Assembly (NCBI GenBank): GCA_050012475.1
Contig: JBEKHC010000011.1
Span: 18,193-82,192, forward strand
DNA from: Candidatus Velthaea sp.
Lineage (GTDB): Bacteria > Vulcanimicrobiota > Vulcanimicrobiia > Vulcanimicrobiales > Vulcanimicrobiaceae
Direction: 5' to 3'
Length of the DNA stretch: 64,000 nucleotides
Shown: piece by piece, positions 35,487 to 46,142 of the stretch
Layout: each line of letters opens with the position of its first letter
Numbering within the stretch: the first letter of the stretch is position 1
Made by a program: the position numbers and the translations under genes
Notes under the pieces: model-generated
What the model saw: the letters and a program-made list of their open reading frames with translations, nothing else
Database searches by the model: none
Told to the model about the DNA's origin: nothing

Positions 35487-36404
35487 ATGAACCGGTTCGA
35501 GATGATCACCACCCGCCGAGCGCCGCGGACGCAGCGATTGTTCGCCGCTGCGCTCGCGCTGTCGGTGCTCATCCACTTGTTCGGCGGCGCGCTTTGGGCA
35601 CATACCAATCGCTTCGTCGCGCAGATCATGCGGCGCTTGCCCGAACAACAACCGCGCGAGGAGGTTGCCACGTCCGACGTGGTCCGCCTCGAACGGCGTA
35701 CGATTCCGCGGCCGGCGCAACTCAGCCGCTCCCGTCCCAATCCCCGTCCGCTGCGGCGGCAGCAGCCGCAGCCGTCGCGAATCGCCGCGCCGCCGCGTGC
35801 GGTCGCCGCCAAGCCCGCGCCGCGCATTCCTCGACCCGCGCCGTCGGCGGCGCCGGAACTCGCGCACCGCGCGCCGCATGCACCGCGCCGCCTCGCGCAG
35901 CACGATCGCACGAAGGTCGCGCTGGCCAAACCGCCGGCCGCGCACCCCGCGCCGCGCGCAGCGTCGCCGGAAGGGGCGCTATCGGCGGCCCAGCTGGCGC
36001 AGCTCAACGCCCAATTCGCGCAAACGATCGCCGCATCGCACGTCGATTTAGCGACGATTCAAAAGCAGAGCGAAGAACAGCCGGTCGCGGTCAAGCACTA
36101 CCCCATGCAGTTTACCGGATTGCAGGCCAGTCTGGAGCGCGGCGAGGGCTATATCGAGCCGACGACGATGGGCGAACGCATTGGCAACACCGTGTGGTAT
36201 TACACGCACTACACCTACATGTGGCCGGACGGACATCTCGAGGACGACGACATCCCGTGGCCGTTCCACTATCCCGTGCAGCGCGATTTGTTCGCGCTGC
36301 ACGTGCATCTCATACCGCTGCAGCCGCCGCCGGCGGGATTCCGGCTGACCCGTCCGCTCAAACCATTTCTGGCGCACTTCGTGCAAGCGGCGGGTCAAGG
36401 ATAG
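35487..36404 (+). CDS. Hypothetical membrane-anchored Pro-rich protein with a TonB/TolA-like anchor
   Basis: LSVLIH TM, Pro/Arg-rich linker, aromatic-rich C-terminal domain with coding-like codon use. Confidence 0.65.
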   Translation: MNRFEMITTRRAPRTQRLFAAALALSVLIHLFGGALWAHTNRFVAQIMRRLPEQQPREEVATSDVVRLERRTIPRPAQLSRSRPNPRPLRRQQPQPSRIAAPPRAVAAKPAPRIPRPAPSAAPELAHRAPHAPRRLAQHDRTKVALAKPPAAHPAPRAASPEGALSAAQLAQLNAQFAQTIAASHVDLATIQKQSEEQPVAVKHYPMQFTGLQASLERGEGYIEPTTMGERIGNTVWYYTHYTYMWPDGHLEDDDIPWPFHYPVQRDLFALHVHLIPLQPPPAGFRLTRPLKPFLAHFVQAAGQG

Positions 36405-36410
36405 CGGCCA

Positions 36411-37952
36411 CTATTCCGGCGCCGCCGCGTCGATTCGGGGAAACAATGCGGCTCCCGGTTCGGTCTGCGTGTTCGCCGCCAAGCCGCCCCATTGGAGTTC
36501 GTCGCGCCAGAGGACTTCGGGGATTCCGGCTAACCCCAGCTGGTGCCACATTTCGCCGGCTTTTTCGGGCATGAACGGATAGGTGAGGATGGCCAGCCAG
36601 CGCAAGCCTTCGCACAGATCGTAGAGCACCGCGTCGAGCCGGTCGCCCAAACCGGCTTTGTGCAGCGCCCACGGTTTTTGCTCTTCGATTTCGCGATTGA
36701 GGGCGGTCACCAGTTCCCAGATCGCATCGAGCGCTTCGCGAAATTGTAAGTTCGTCACGCGTTCGTAGACGATGCTGCCGAGATCGGCAAAACGTTCACC
36801 GAGCTGCGATTCCACCGCTTGCGGAACGAGTCCGTTGCGGTATTTCGAGAGCATGGCCAGCGAACGGCGCAGCAGATTCCCTAAATCGTTGCCCAAATCG
36901 CTGTTGTGCCGCAAGCGCAGTTTTTCGACCGATACCGTGAAGTCGCTGCCGAACGGCGCTTCGCGCAACAGAAAATAGCGAATCGAATCGGCGCCGTAGG
37001 TGTCGACGAGTGCGAACGGATCGAAAACGTTGCCCAAGCTCTTGGACATCTTTTGGCCCTCGCTGAGAATCCAGCCGTGGGCGTAGACGAGTTTGGGGGG
37101 CTCGAGCCCCAGCGCCCAGAGCATCGCGGGCCAGATGATCGTGTGAAAGCGCGCGATCTCCTTGCCGATGAGCTGCACGCTGGCCGGCCACACCCGCGCG
37201 AACAATTCCGGATTGTCGTGCCAACCGGTCGCGGTGATGTAGTTGAGCAGCGCGTCGAACCACACGTACATCACCAAGCCGCCGGTGTTGGGCAGCGGGA
37301 TGCCCCAGTCGAAGTTCATCCGCGAGATCGAAAAATCGTCGAGGCCGCCTTCGATGATCGCCATCATCTCGTTCCAGACCGAAACCGGGCGCACGAAGTC
37401 GCGGTGCTCGTTGAAATACGCCATGAGCCGGTCGCGGTAGGCGGAGAGCCGGAAGAACCAATCCTCTTCGGAGAGCCAGTCGACGGGCCGCCGGCATTCC
37501 GGATTCGGGCAGCGCCCGTCGATGAGCTTGGATTCCGGCCAGAAGGTCTCGTCGTTGGTGCAGTACCAGCCTTCGTACGTACCCAAGTAGATCTCGCCGT
37601 TCGCGCGCAACCGCTCGAAGACGGCGACGCAGGCCTCTTTGTGTCGCGGTTCGGTCGTGCGAATGAAGTCGTCGAAGCGGGCGTTGAAGATCGGCCCGAG
37701 CGAACGCCAGCGCGGCACTAGTTCGTCGACGTAGTGTTGCGGCGTTTTGCCGGCCGCGGCCGCGGCATTGGCGACTTTCTGACCGTGCTCGTCGACGCCG
37801 GTCAATGCGTAGGCGGGGCCGAAGGCGCGCGCGGTTCGCACCAGCACGTCGGCGGCGATCGTCGTGTAGGCGTGGCCGATGTGCGGATCGCCGCTGATGT
37901 AGTAGATCGGCGTGGTGACGAAAAAGGCGCGGTCCATTCCGCTCGCGTTCAC
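36411..37952 (-). CDS. metG: Methionine--tRNA ligase, short form
   Basis: TTPIYY, HIGH, DEHG, YVWFDAL, KMSKS. Confidence 0.97.
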   Translation of the reverse strand: MNASGMDRAFFVTTPIYYISGDPHIGHAYTTIAADVLVRTARAFGPAYALTGVDEHGQKVANAAAAAGKTPQHYVDELVPRWRSLGPIFNARFDDFIRTTEPRHKEACVAVFERLRANGEIYLGTYEGWYCTNDETFWPESKLIDGRCPNPECRRPVDWLSEEDWFFRLSAYRDRLMAYFNEHRDFVRPVSVWNEMMAIIEGGLDDFSISRMNFDWGIPLPNTGGLVMYVWFDALLNYITATGWHDNPELFARVWPASVQLIGKEIARFHTIIWPAMLWALGLEPPKLVYAHGWILSEGQKMSKSLGNVFDPFALVDTYGADSIRYFLLREAPFGSDFTVSVEKLRLRHNSDLGNDLGNLLRRSLAMLSKYRNGLVPQAVESQLGERFADLGSIVYERVTNLQFREALDAIWELVTALNREIEEQKPWALHKAGLGDRLDAVLYDLCEGLRWLAILTYPFMPEKAGEMWHQLGLAGIPEVLWRDELQWGGLAANTQTEPGAALFPRIDAAAPE

Positions 37953-38800
37953 GCTTCGGTCGCGCTTGGACCTGCGCGGCGCCGCTCGCTCACGCGGGCG
38001 TAGAGATGGCGGCGTTCGCCCAAGCCCTGCTCGGCAAGCATTTTCGCAATCGCGGACGTGCTCAAACCCTGCTCGATGAGCGTGCCAATGGTGGCGTCAA
38101 CAGCTTCGGCGGTAGCCGGTGTGGCGACCGGTTCTGCTGCGCCGGCGGCGAGCACGAAGACGATTTCACCGCGGACGGGTTCATCCAGCGCTTGGGCCAC
38201 CGCCGCCGGCGTGCCGGCGATCTGCTGCTCGTGCAGCTTGGTGAACTCGCGCAGCAGAAACACTTGCACGTCCGGCTCGACGCCGGCGAGATCGGCCAGC
38301 GTCGCCCGAATCCGGTGCGGCGCTTCGTACCAAACGGTCGGCTCGGCTCGTTTGAGCGCGGCGCGGAAGGCGGCTCGGCGGTCCGCTGAACCGCGCGGCG
38401 GAAAACCCTCGAAGGCAAAGCGCCGGAGATCGAAGCCCGACAAAACGGCCGCGCAGGCAAAGGCGGTCGCCCCGGGGAGCACTTCGACCGGGATGCCGGC
38501 GAACCGCGCGGCCGTGACGAGTGCCGTTCCGGGATCGCTGATGCCGGGCATGCCGGCGTCGGTGACCACCGCGACGAGCGCGGCCTGCGCGCGTTCGAGG
38601 ATCGCGCCGGTCGCCGTAGCCGCGTTGTGCTCGTGGTAGGTCCAAATCTCGCGGCCCGGCAGGCTGTAAGCGGAAAGCAGCCGCCGCGCCACGCGCGAGT
38701 CTTCGGCAACGATCAGCGGCGCTTCACGCAGCACGTCGAGCGCGCGCAGCGTGATGTCGCGGAGGTTGCCCAGCGGCGTCGGCACGAACACGAGCGGCAT
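37949..38800 (-). CDS. rsmI: 16S rRNA (cytidine1402-2'-O)-methyltransferase
   Basis: PTPLGNLRDIT, AEDSR, DAGMPGISDPG, REFTKLHE; SD GGGAGG. Confidence 0.95.
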   Translation of the reverse strand: MPLVFVPTPLGNLRDITLRALDVLREAPLIVAEDSRVARRLLSAYSLPGREIWTYHEHNAATATGAILERAQAALVAVVTDAGMPGISDPGTALVTAARFAGIPVEVLPGATAFACAAVLSGFDLRRFAFEGFPPRGSADRRAAFRAALKRAEPTVWYEAPHRIRATLADLAGVEPDVQVFLLREFTKLHEQQIAGTPAAVAQALDEPVRGEIVFVLAAGAAEPVATPATAEAVDATIGTLIEQGLSTSAIAKMLAEQGLGERRHLYARVSERRRAGPSATEA

Positions 38801-40076
38801 GCCTCCCGATTCGGCGCGCGCGGCGCAAACGATTGTGCGCCTGATCGAACTGCGCGGGCACATCCTCGACAGCGGCATCTTTTCGCGCGTGCTCGGCATT
38901 CTCACCGACTACGAGCAGACGTCGTACGTGATCGAAGAATTCGACAGCGGCCAGACCAAGAACGACGTTTCCTACGCCCGTTTGAGCATCATGGCGGACG
39001 ATGCGGACGTCATGCGCGAGGTGCTCGACCGCCTGCGCGACGTCGGCGCGACCGTGCAGGCCGATCACGACGCCGCCACCGAGCCGGCGCCGGCCGACGG
39101 CGTGCTGCCCGACCTCTTTTACGCCACGACCAACTTCCCGACCGAAGTCCGCATCGGCGGACGGTGGGTGTCCGTCGCGCTGCCCGAGATGGATTGTGCG
39201 ATCGTCCTCGAGGAAACCGGCGCGCGAACCGTTACGCCGTCCGACATCGTGCGCGGCCAGCAGGTCGTCGTCGGCGCCGAAGGCGTGCGCGTGCAGTTGC
39301 CGCAGCGCGCGCGTAAGAAAGCGGTCTTCGAGTTCATGGCCAGCGCCGTATCGAGTGAGAAACCGCGTCAAGCGCTGCTGGGAGAAGTGGCGCGCGAATT
39401 GCTCGCGGTGCGCGCGAGCGGCAAACGCGTGCTGCTCGTCGGCGGTCCGGCGATCGTGCATACCGGCGCCGCGCCGTACTTGGCCGAACTCGTTCGCGAC
39501 GGCTACATCACGGCGATCTTCGCCGGTAATGCGCTTGCCGTGCACGATATGGAGGCGCAATTCTTCGGCACGTCGCTGGGCGTCAATTTACACGATGCGT
39601 TTCCGGCCGAAGAAGGCCACGTGCACCACCTGCGAACCGTGAACCGTATCCGCGCGGCCGGCGGGATCGCCAACGCGATCGCCGGCGGGTTGCTCACCGG
39701 CGGCGTGATGTACGAGGCGTATAAGAAGCAGATTCCGGTCGTGCTGGCCGGTTCGATCCGCGACGACGGCCCGATTCCCGACGTCATCACCGATGTCGTC
39801 GAATGTCAGCGGGCGATGCGGCGTTACGTTCCTCAGATCGGCATGGCGCTCATGGTGTGCACGCTTCTGCACTCGATCGCGGTCGGCAATCTGTTGCCCG
39901 CCACGTGCAAGACGATTTGCGTCGACATCAATCCGTCAAGCGTCACCAAGCTCACCGACCGCGGTTCGCATCAAACGCTGGGGATCGTGATGGACGCCTC
40001 GTCGTTCCTGCGCGAGCTCACGCTCGCGATCCACGCCGTCGAGCACGAAGCCGAACCGACGGGGTTTGCGCCGTAG
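38799..40076 (+). CDS. TIGR00300 family protein (ornithine cyclodeaminase-like, ArgZ/AgrE C-terminal homologue)
   Basis: GHILDSG, DGVLP..FYATTN, EMDC, FEFMASAVSSEKP, GNALAVHD, LAGSIRDDGP, LHSIAVGN, KLTDRGS. Start may instead be GTG 38835. Confidence 0.88.
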   Translation: MPPDSARAAQTIVRLIELRGHILDSGIFSRVLGILTDYEQTSYVIEEFDSGQTKNDVSYARLSIMADDADVMREVLDRLRDVGATVQADHDAATEPAPADGVLPDLFYATTNFPTEVRIGGRWVSVALPEMDCAIVLEETGARTVTPSDIVRGQQVVVGAEGVRVQLPQRARKKAVFEFMASAVSSEKPRQALLGEVARELLAVRASGKRVLLVGGPAIVHTGAAPYLAELVRDGYITAIFAGNALAVHDMEAQFFGTSLGVNLHDAFPAEEGHVHHLRTVNRIRAAGGIANAIAGGLLTGGVMYEAYKKQIPVVLAGSIRDDGPIPDVITDVVECQRAMRRYVPQIGMALMVCTLLHSIAVGNLLPATCKTICVDINPSSVTKLTDRGSHQTLGIVMDASSFLRELTLAIHAVEHEAEPTGFAP

Positions 40077-40126
40077 GACGAGCGCGGTGCCGGATCGACG
40101 CCGGCGATTCGCGCCGTTGACGCACA

Positions 40127-40765
40127 TCAGCGGCTGACGTAGACGGCGACGGCCTGATGCGTGCGCAGCATCAACGTTGAATCCCGGTCGAACTTTGCTT
40201 TGAGGATGAGGTCGTCCACGCCGGCGTCGCCGTAGACGTACAACAGCCTCAGCCGCCGGGGAAGGCGTTTCAATGACGCCCGAACGTTGAGCAGCACGTC
40301 ATGCAGCACCGACGCTGGAAAAGGGTTGAACATGTACAAGAAATTGTACCGGTCAAAGTCGCGAAAATCGGCGGCGTCGGTGCACACGATCGCGGACTTC
40401 TCGATCGCCAGCCGCTTGATGTTTTTGAGCCCGATGTCCACCAGTTTGGGTGAAATCTCAACGCCGTCGACCCGCCGGAAGGGAAAGCGAGCCATGGTAA
40501 TGATCGCGCCTCCCTTACCGCAGCCGACATCCAGCGCGCAATCGTCACTCGAGATCGGCAGCGAACGCAAGACGTGATCCAACCCCGGGCCGCCGGTATT
40601 GGAATAGCCGAAAGAACGCTCAGCGCTCAGGTGAAGTTTCGCCGTGCTCTCGATGCCGAGGTCGATGCCACGGCAGGCCATGGCAATCCGCCACATTGCA
40701 TAGGCTCGGTCATCCCGGTCGGCGATGATGCGGCGCAACAGCTGCAGCGTATGTTTCCCGATCAT
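40127..40765 (-). CDS. Class I SAM-dependent methyltransferase
   Basis: LDVGCGKG, GVE, DAA, YMFNPF. Confidence 0.82.
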   Translation of the reverse strand: MIGKHTLQLLRRIIADRDDRAYAMWRIAMACRGIDLGIESTAKLHLSAERSFGYSNTGGPGLDHVLRSLPISSDDCALDVGCGKGGAIITMARFPFRRVDGVEISPKLVDIGLKNIKRLAIEKSAIVCTDAADFRDFDRYNFLYMFNPFPASVLHDVLLNVRASLKRLPRRLRLLYVYGDAGVDDLILKAKFDRDSTLMLRTHQAVAVYVSR

Positions 40766-41043
40766 CTTGATCGTCTCGAATTCCTTCGCACGTGGCAGAA
40801 GAGGCCACCGGTGGTTCTGACGGCCAGTTCCTCCGCTTCGCTCTGCGGCCCCATTCGTCATCGGCGATCGACGCATTCCGTGCGTGCGATAACACAAATG
40901 AGGACGTTCGTCCTCGGTCTCGTGCATTGAAGAGAAGCCGTGCAGCCCGCGTGCGGGACCAACGCCGCTGGCGCGGCGTCGAGACGTTTGCTGCGCCGTC
41001 CCGACTGTGCGCACGGTGCGGTGGTTCGGGCGTACTTGCGCAG

Positions 41044-42489
41044 TCAGCCGGTCGCCGGCGCGTGAACGCTTGCGATGCGCAGCACGTTCGTTTTGCCGGC
41101 CGTTCCGAACGGCACGCCGGCGGTCACCACGATCGACTGCCCGTCGCCGGCGATCCCGTCGCGCGCGGCGATGAAGCCGGCCTTATCCACCATTTCGTTG
41201 AAATTAGCGACGTCCGACGTGTGCACGGCGTGAACGCCGAACGACAACGTCAGCCGCCGTGCCGTTTCGACCTTCGAGGTCAAGCACAGAATGGGGATCT
41301 CCGGACGTTCGCGCGCGGCGCGCAGCGTCGTCGAACCCGAGGTCGTGTACGTTGCGATGGCGACCGCGCCGATCGTCTCCGCCACCTGTTTTGCCGCTGC
41401 GGTGATCGCGTCCGCCGCCGTGTTCTGCAATGCCTGGTGCTGGGCGACGAGTCCCGCATGATACGAAGGATCTTCCTGCGTGCGGTTGGCGATCCGGTTC
41501 ATCATCGCAACCGCCCCAATCGGATATTGACCGATGGCGCTTTCGGCCGAGAGCATGATCGCGTCGGCGCCGTCGTAGACGGCGGTGGCAACGTCGGAGG
41601 CCTCGGCTCGCGTCGGCGTCGAGTTCGTGATCATCGACTCCAGCATTTGCGTTGCCACGATGACCGGCTTTCCGACGCGGCGCGCTTCGCGCACGATGCT
41701 CCTTTGAATGGCGGGGACGTCTTCGGGCGGGGTTTCAACCCCTAAATCGCCGCGCGCGACCATCACCCCGTCGGCGACTTCGAGAATCGACAACAGATTC
41801 GTGACCGCGGCCGGTTTCTCGAGCTTGGCAAGCACGGCGGCGCGGTCGCCGATGAGCGCACGCGCTTCTTCAATGTCCTCGGCCCGCTGAACGAACGAAA
41901 GGGCAATCCAGTCAACGCCCGCGTCCAACGCCGCAGCAAGATCGGCGCGATCCTTTGGGGTCAACGGCGACAAGGGAATCACGACGTCCGGAACGTTGAC
42001 GCCTTTGTGATCCGAAAGCGTATTGCCGATCATCACCTGCGTTTCGATGACGTCTTTTGCGCAGCTGACGACACGCAGCCGGATTTTGCCGTCGTCGCAG
42101 AGCAACGCGGAGCCTTCGGTGAGTGCCGCAAAAATCTCCGGATGCGGCAGACACACGCGGGTGGTATCGCCGGGCTTCGGGTCGAGGTCGAAGCAGAACG
42201 TCTGCCCCGCGATCAGTTCCACGGACCCTTGCGCAAACGTTCCGACGCGCAGCTTTGGCCCTTGCAGATCGGCAAGGACGGCGATGGGCCGCCCGGTCTC
42301 GGTTTCGATCTCGCGGATGATTGCAAGCCGAGCCCGATGGTCGTCGTGAGTGCCGTGACTGTAGTTCAGCCGAAACACATCGGCCCCCGCGTCGAATAAG
42401 GCGCGAATCGTTGTTTTGCTCGACGATGCCGGTCCCAGTGTCGCAACGATCTTGGTCCGTCGTCCGCGGCAAAGCACGGCGTCAGCCAC
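41044..42489 (-). CDS. pyk: Pyruvate kinase
   Basis: TKIVATLGP, DLQGPK, AKLEK, MVARGDLG, ATQMLESM, PTRAE. Confidence 0.97.
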   Translation of the reverse strand: MADAVLCRGRRTKIVATLGPASSSKTTIRALFDAGADVFRLNYSHGTHDDHRARLAIIREIETETGRPIAVLADLQGPKLRVGTFAQGSVELIAGQTFCFDLDPKPGDTTRVCLPHPEIFAALTEGSALLCDDGKIRLRVVSCAKDVIETQVMIGNTLSDHKGVNVPDVVIPLSPLTPKDRADLAAALDAGVDWIALSFVQRAEDIEEARALIGDRAAVLAKLEKPAAVTNLLSILEVADGVMVARGDLGVETPPEDVPAIQRSIVREARRVGKPVIVATQMLESMITNSTPTRAEASDVATAVYDGADAIMLSAESAIGQYPIGAVAMMNRIANRTQEDPSYHAGLVAQHQALQNTAADAITAAAKQVAETIGAVAIATYTTSGSTTLRAARERPEIPILCLTSKVETARRLTLSFGVHAVHTSDVANFNEMVDKAGFIAARDGIAGDGQSIVVTAGVPFGTAGKTNVLRIASVHAPATG

Positions 42490-42581
42490 GCCGTTCGCTC
42501 GAGATAGGAAAGGGCTCGTTCATCGAGCGACGACGTTCGGGCCCGGCCCGGCAGGTCCCGCGATCGGTGCCGGCGCTAGAA

Positions 42582-42628
42582 GAATGCGCTTCGCGCATTC
42601 CGTCGCGTTTGGGCTTCGCCCGAGCCGC
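42582..42628 (+). repeat. REP-like double-hairpin repeat copy
   Basis: GAATGCGC-TTC-GCGCATTC followed by CGTTTGGGCTTCGCCCGAGCCGC, matching the family pattern. Confidence 0.7.
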
Positions 42629-42630
42629 CC

Positions 42631-43914
42631 CTAGGGGCGCACTTGACCGGTGCCGCGCACGACGTACTTGTAACTGGTGAGCTGTTCGGCACCCACGGGG
42701 CCGCGCGGCGGGAGCCGGCCGGTCGAGATGCCGATCTCGGCGCCCATGCCGAATTCGCCGCCGTCGGCGAATTGGGTCGAAGCGTTCAGCAGTACGATCG
42801 CGCTTTCGACCTCGCTCAAGAAGCGTTGCGCCGCGCGCTCGTCTTCGGTCACGATCGCGTCGGTGTGCTGCGAGCCGTAACGGTTGATGTGGGCGATCGC
42901 GCCGTCGACGCCGTCGACGATCCGCACCGAGAGAATTGCGTCGAGATACTCCGTCGTCCAGTCCGCCTCGGTCGCCGGCAGCGCGTGCGCAAAGAGCGCC
43001 CGCGTTTCGGCGTCGCCGCGAATCTCGCAGCCGGCAGCTTGCAAGTCGGAGAGAATCGGCGCGACGTGGGTCGCCGCGACGGCGCGGTCGACGAGCAGCG
43101 TTTCGGTCGCGCCGCAAATGCCGGTCCGCCGCATCTTCGCGTTGAGCACGATGCTGCGGCTTTTCGCCAGGTCGGCCGCGCCGTCGACGTACGTGTGGCA
43201 GATGCCGTCGAGATGCGCGATGACCGGGATCCGGCTCTCGCGCTGGACGCGCTCGATGAGCGAACGCCCGCCGCGCGGAACGATCACGTCGATGAGGCCG
43301 GCCAGGCCGAGCATCAGCCCGACGGCGGCGCGATCGCGCGTGGGCACCAGCTGCACCGCCGTCTCCGGCAGACCCGCGGCCGCGATGCCGCGGCGCAGGC
43401 ACGTTTCGATGACGCGCGAGGAATGGAAACTTTCGGACCCGCCGCGCAGAATCACCGCGTTGCCGGCGCGCAGGCACAGGCTGCCCGCATCAGCCGTCAC
43501 GTTGGGCCGCGATTCGTAGATGATGCCGATCACGCCAAGCGGGATGCGCACCCGCGCGATGTCCAAGCCGTTGGGCTGCGTCCAGCGAGCGAGTTCGGTG
43601 CCGATCGGATCGGGCAGCTCGGCGACGGTTTCCAGGCCGGTTGCCATCGCCTCGATCCGTTTGGTATCGAGTCGCAGCCGGTCGAGCAGAGCCGTCGAGA
43701 CCGCCATTCGCTTGGCCAGCGCAACGTCGTCGCCGTTGGCGGCAAGCAGTTCGCTGCGCGCGGCTCGGATCGCCTGGGCGCCGGCGCGCAGCGCCGCCGT
43801 TTTCTGCTCGGGCTGGGCACGGGCCAGCACGGCTGCGGCTTCGCGCGCCGCAACCGCCAGCGCGCGCACTTCGCGCTCGAGTTCCGCCGGATCTTTTTCC
43901 TGGATGATCGTCAT
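42631..43914 (-). CDS. proA: Gamma-glutamyl phosphate reductase
   Basis: [36 protein letters not shown]. Confidence 0.97.
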   Translation of the reverse strand: MTIIQEKDPAELEREVRALAVAAREAAAVLARAQPEQKTAALRAGAQAIRAARSELLAANGDDVALAKRMAVSTALLDRLRLDTKRIEAMATGLETVAELPDPIGTELARWTQPNGLDIARVRIPLGVIGIIYESRPNVTADAGSLCLRAGNAVILRGGSESFHSSRVIETCLRRGIAAAGLPETAVQLVPTRDRAAVGLMLGLAGLIDVIVPRGGRSLIERVQRESRIPVIAHLDGICHTYVDGAADLAKSRSIVLNAKMRRTGICGATETLLVDRAVAATHVAPILSDLQAAGCEIRGDAETRALFAHALPATEADWTTEYLDAILSVRIVDGVDGAIAHINRYGSQHTDAIVTEDERAAQRFLSEVESAIVLLNASTQFADGGEFGMGAEIGISTGRLPPRGPVGAEQLTSYKYVVRGTGQVRP

Positions 43915-45038
43915 GGCCGTCTCCCGCTCACTACCAGATCGTCGCGGTGGATCATCTCGTCCTGGCCACGGTAGCCCAGAATTGCCTCGATGTCGCTGCT
44001 GCGGTGTCCGGCGATCGCTTGAGCGTCGGAACTCGAGTAGGCCGCTAGGCCGCGCGCCAGCTCCTGCCCTTCGCGATTACGAACGACAACCGCATCGCCG
44101 CGCTTGAAGTTGCCGTCGACGCCGACCACGCCGGCGGGCAACAGGCTGGCGTTGCGAGCGAGCGCGCTGGCAGCGCCGTCGTCGACGACGAGGACGCCGG
44201 CGGCGTTGACCGCGCCGGCGATCCAACGCTTGCGGGCCGTGTGCGGCTCGGTGTCGGGAATGAACCAGCTCACGCGCGTGCCCGCCTCGATGGCGGCCAG
44301 CGGACGCAACCCGCTGCCCCGAGCGATCACCATGCGGCAACCCGAAGCCATCGCGATGCGCGCCGCCGCGAGCTTGGTCACCATGCCCCCCGAGCTGTGG
44401 CCGCGCGGGGCAGGCCCGGCCATCGCTTGGATCTCCGGGGTGATCGAATAGACTTCGCCGATGTGCTGCGCCGCGGGATCGCGGCGCGGATCGGCCGTGT
44501 ACAGACCGTCGATGTCGGAAAGCAGAACCAGCGTATCGGCGCTGATCATCTGGGCGACGCGTGCGGCCAGCCGATCGTTGTCGCCGAAGCGGATCTCCGC
44601 GGTGGCAACCGTGTCGTTTTCATTGATGACGGGCACGGCGCCCAGCGTCAGCAGCTGCTCGATCGTCGCCCGCGCGTTCAAGTGGCGGCGACGCTGCTCG
44701 GTGTCGTTGAGCGTAAGCAGAATCTGCGCGACGCCGATGCCGTGTCGCGCCAGCGCTTCGAGATACGCATGCGCGAGGCGGATCTGTCCGGTCGCCGCCG
44801 CGGCCTGTTTTTCTTCGAGCTTGAGCGGGCTGCCGATGAGACCGAGATGACGTCGCCCAACCGCGATCGCTCCCGACGAAACGATGAGCACTTCCTGGCC
44901 GCGGGCGCGACAGCGCGCGATGTCCTCAACGAGTCCCGCCAGCCAGTCGTGGCGCACGTCGCCCGTCGTTTGATCGACGAGCAGCGCCGAACCGATCTTG
45001 ACGATCAGCCGGCGCGCCGATTCGAGCCGTTCGTTCAT
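43911..45038 (-). CDS. proB: Glutamate 5-kinase
   Basis: VKIGS, VSSGA, INEND, FGDND, GGMVTK, C-terminal PUA domain. Confidence 0.97.
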   Translation of the reverse strand: MNERLESARRLIVKIGSALLVDQTTGDVRHDWLAGLVEDIARCRARGQEVLIVSSGAIAVGRRHLGLIGSPLKLEEKQAAAATGQIRLAHAYLEALARHGIGVAQILLTLNDTEQRRRHLNARATIEQLLTLGAVPVINENDTVATAEIRFGDNDRLAARVAQMISADTLVLLSDIDGLYTADPRRDPAAQHIGEVYSITPEIQAMAGPAPRGHSSGGMVTKLAAARIAMASGCRMVIARGSGLRPLAAIEAGTRVSWFIPDTEPHTARKRWIAGAVNAAGVLVVDDGAASALARNASLLPAGVVGVDGNFKRGDAVVVRNREGQELARGLAAYSSSDAQAIAGHRSSDIEAILGYRGQDEMIHRDDLVVSGRRP

Positions 45039-45060
45039 GTCGTGCTCGCGGTTTGAGCGC

Positions 45061-45870
45061 TCATTTCTTGGCCGCTTCCAACTGAACGAGCACGTTGCGC
45101 GCCTCTTCGACCGCGCGCGCCAGCACCGATCGAATCTTCCCGTCTTCGAGCACCAGCAGCGCGCCGATCGTGCAGCCGGCCGGGGTCGTCACGTCGTCGC
45201 GCAGGGCCGCGGGATGACGGTCGCTTTGCTGAACCATCGTTGCCGCGCCGAGAACGGTTTGCGTCACCAGCGTCATCGCCACGTCGCGCGGCAAGCCGAC
45301 GTTCACGCCCGCATCGGCTAACGCTTCGATGACCAAATAGATATAGGCCGGACCACTGCCGCTAATTGCGGTCACTGCGTTGAGCTGAGCTTCGTCGATT
45401 CGAATGCAGCGTCCGACCGCGCCGAAGAGACGTTCGGCGATCGCGAGATGCTCGTTCGTCGCGCGCGAACCGCCGGCGATCGCGGTCATGCCCCGTCCCA
45501 CGAAGCACGGCGTGTTCGGCATCGCTCGCACAACCGGGTTCGCCCCGCCGAGCTGCGCTTCGATGTGTGCGGTGGAAACGCCGGCGGCGACCGAGATGAC
45601 CAGTGCCCCCGACCGCAAGCCCCCCGCAATCAATTCGCGCAGTGCCGGATCGATCTGTTTCGGCTTCACCGCGAGGATGACGACGTCACTCGAACCGGCG
45701 AACGCTGCGTAGCTGGTGCACGTCGCAACACCCAGCTCGTCCGCGACGGCGCGGGCGGACGCCTCGGATTTGGTGGCCGCCCACACGGCGTCCGGCGCCA
45801 CGCCGCTGGCGAGGATCCCGCGCAACAATGCGCCCCCCATCGCCCCGGCGCCGACGATGCCGAGCTGCAT
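45061..45870 (-). CDS. proC: Pyrroline-5-carboxylate reductase
   Basis: [33 protein letters not shown]. Start approximate. Confidence 0.95.
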   Translation of the reverse strand: MQLGIVGAGAMGGALLRGILASGVAPDAVWAATKSEASARAVADELGVATCTSYAAFAGSSDVVILAVKPKQIDPALRELIAGGLRSGALVISVAAGVSTAHIEAQLGGANPVVRAMPNTPCFVGRGMTAIAGGSRATNEHLAIAERLFGAVGRCIRIDEAQLNAVTAISGSGPAYIYLVIEALADAGVNVGLPRDVAMTLVTQTVLGAATMVQQSDRHPAALRDDVTTPAGCTIGALLVLEDGKIRSVLARAVEEARNVLVQLEAAKK

Positions 45871-46142
45871 ATTGGGAGCCAGCGCGGCGGAACGACGAAT
45901 CTCTGATGTGTGCACGACGGGCTGTCGTTCTTGATGCTCGTCGCGTGACCCCACCGCAGCGCTCAACTTCGTGCGCGACGGCGTCGCGGGATGCCGGCGT
46001 TGAACCGGTACGGCTTGTGGGCACGTCGTACCTCACACTGTCGGGTGAACGCATGACCGCTGCGAAGCTTTGGTGTATCGTTATTACGAAGATCATTCGA
46101 TCTTACCGGACAAAAAAGACATCGCGAGTAGGTCGTTGACGA

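Noticed and set aside
45871..46142. T-box riboswitch upstream of proCBA
   Set aside because: No GGTGGnACCGCG T-box consensus or terminator/antiterminator is visible on the minus strand.
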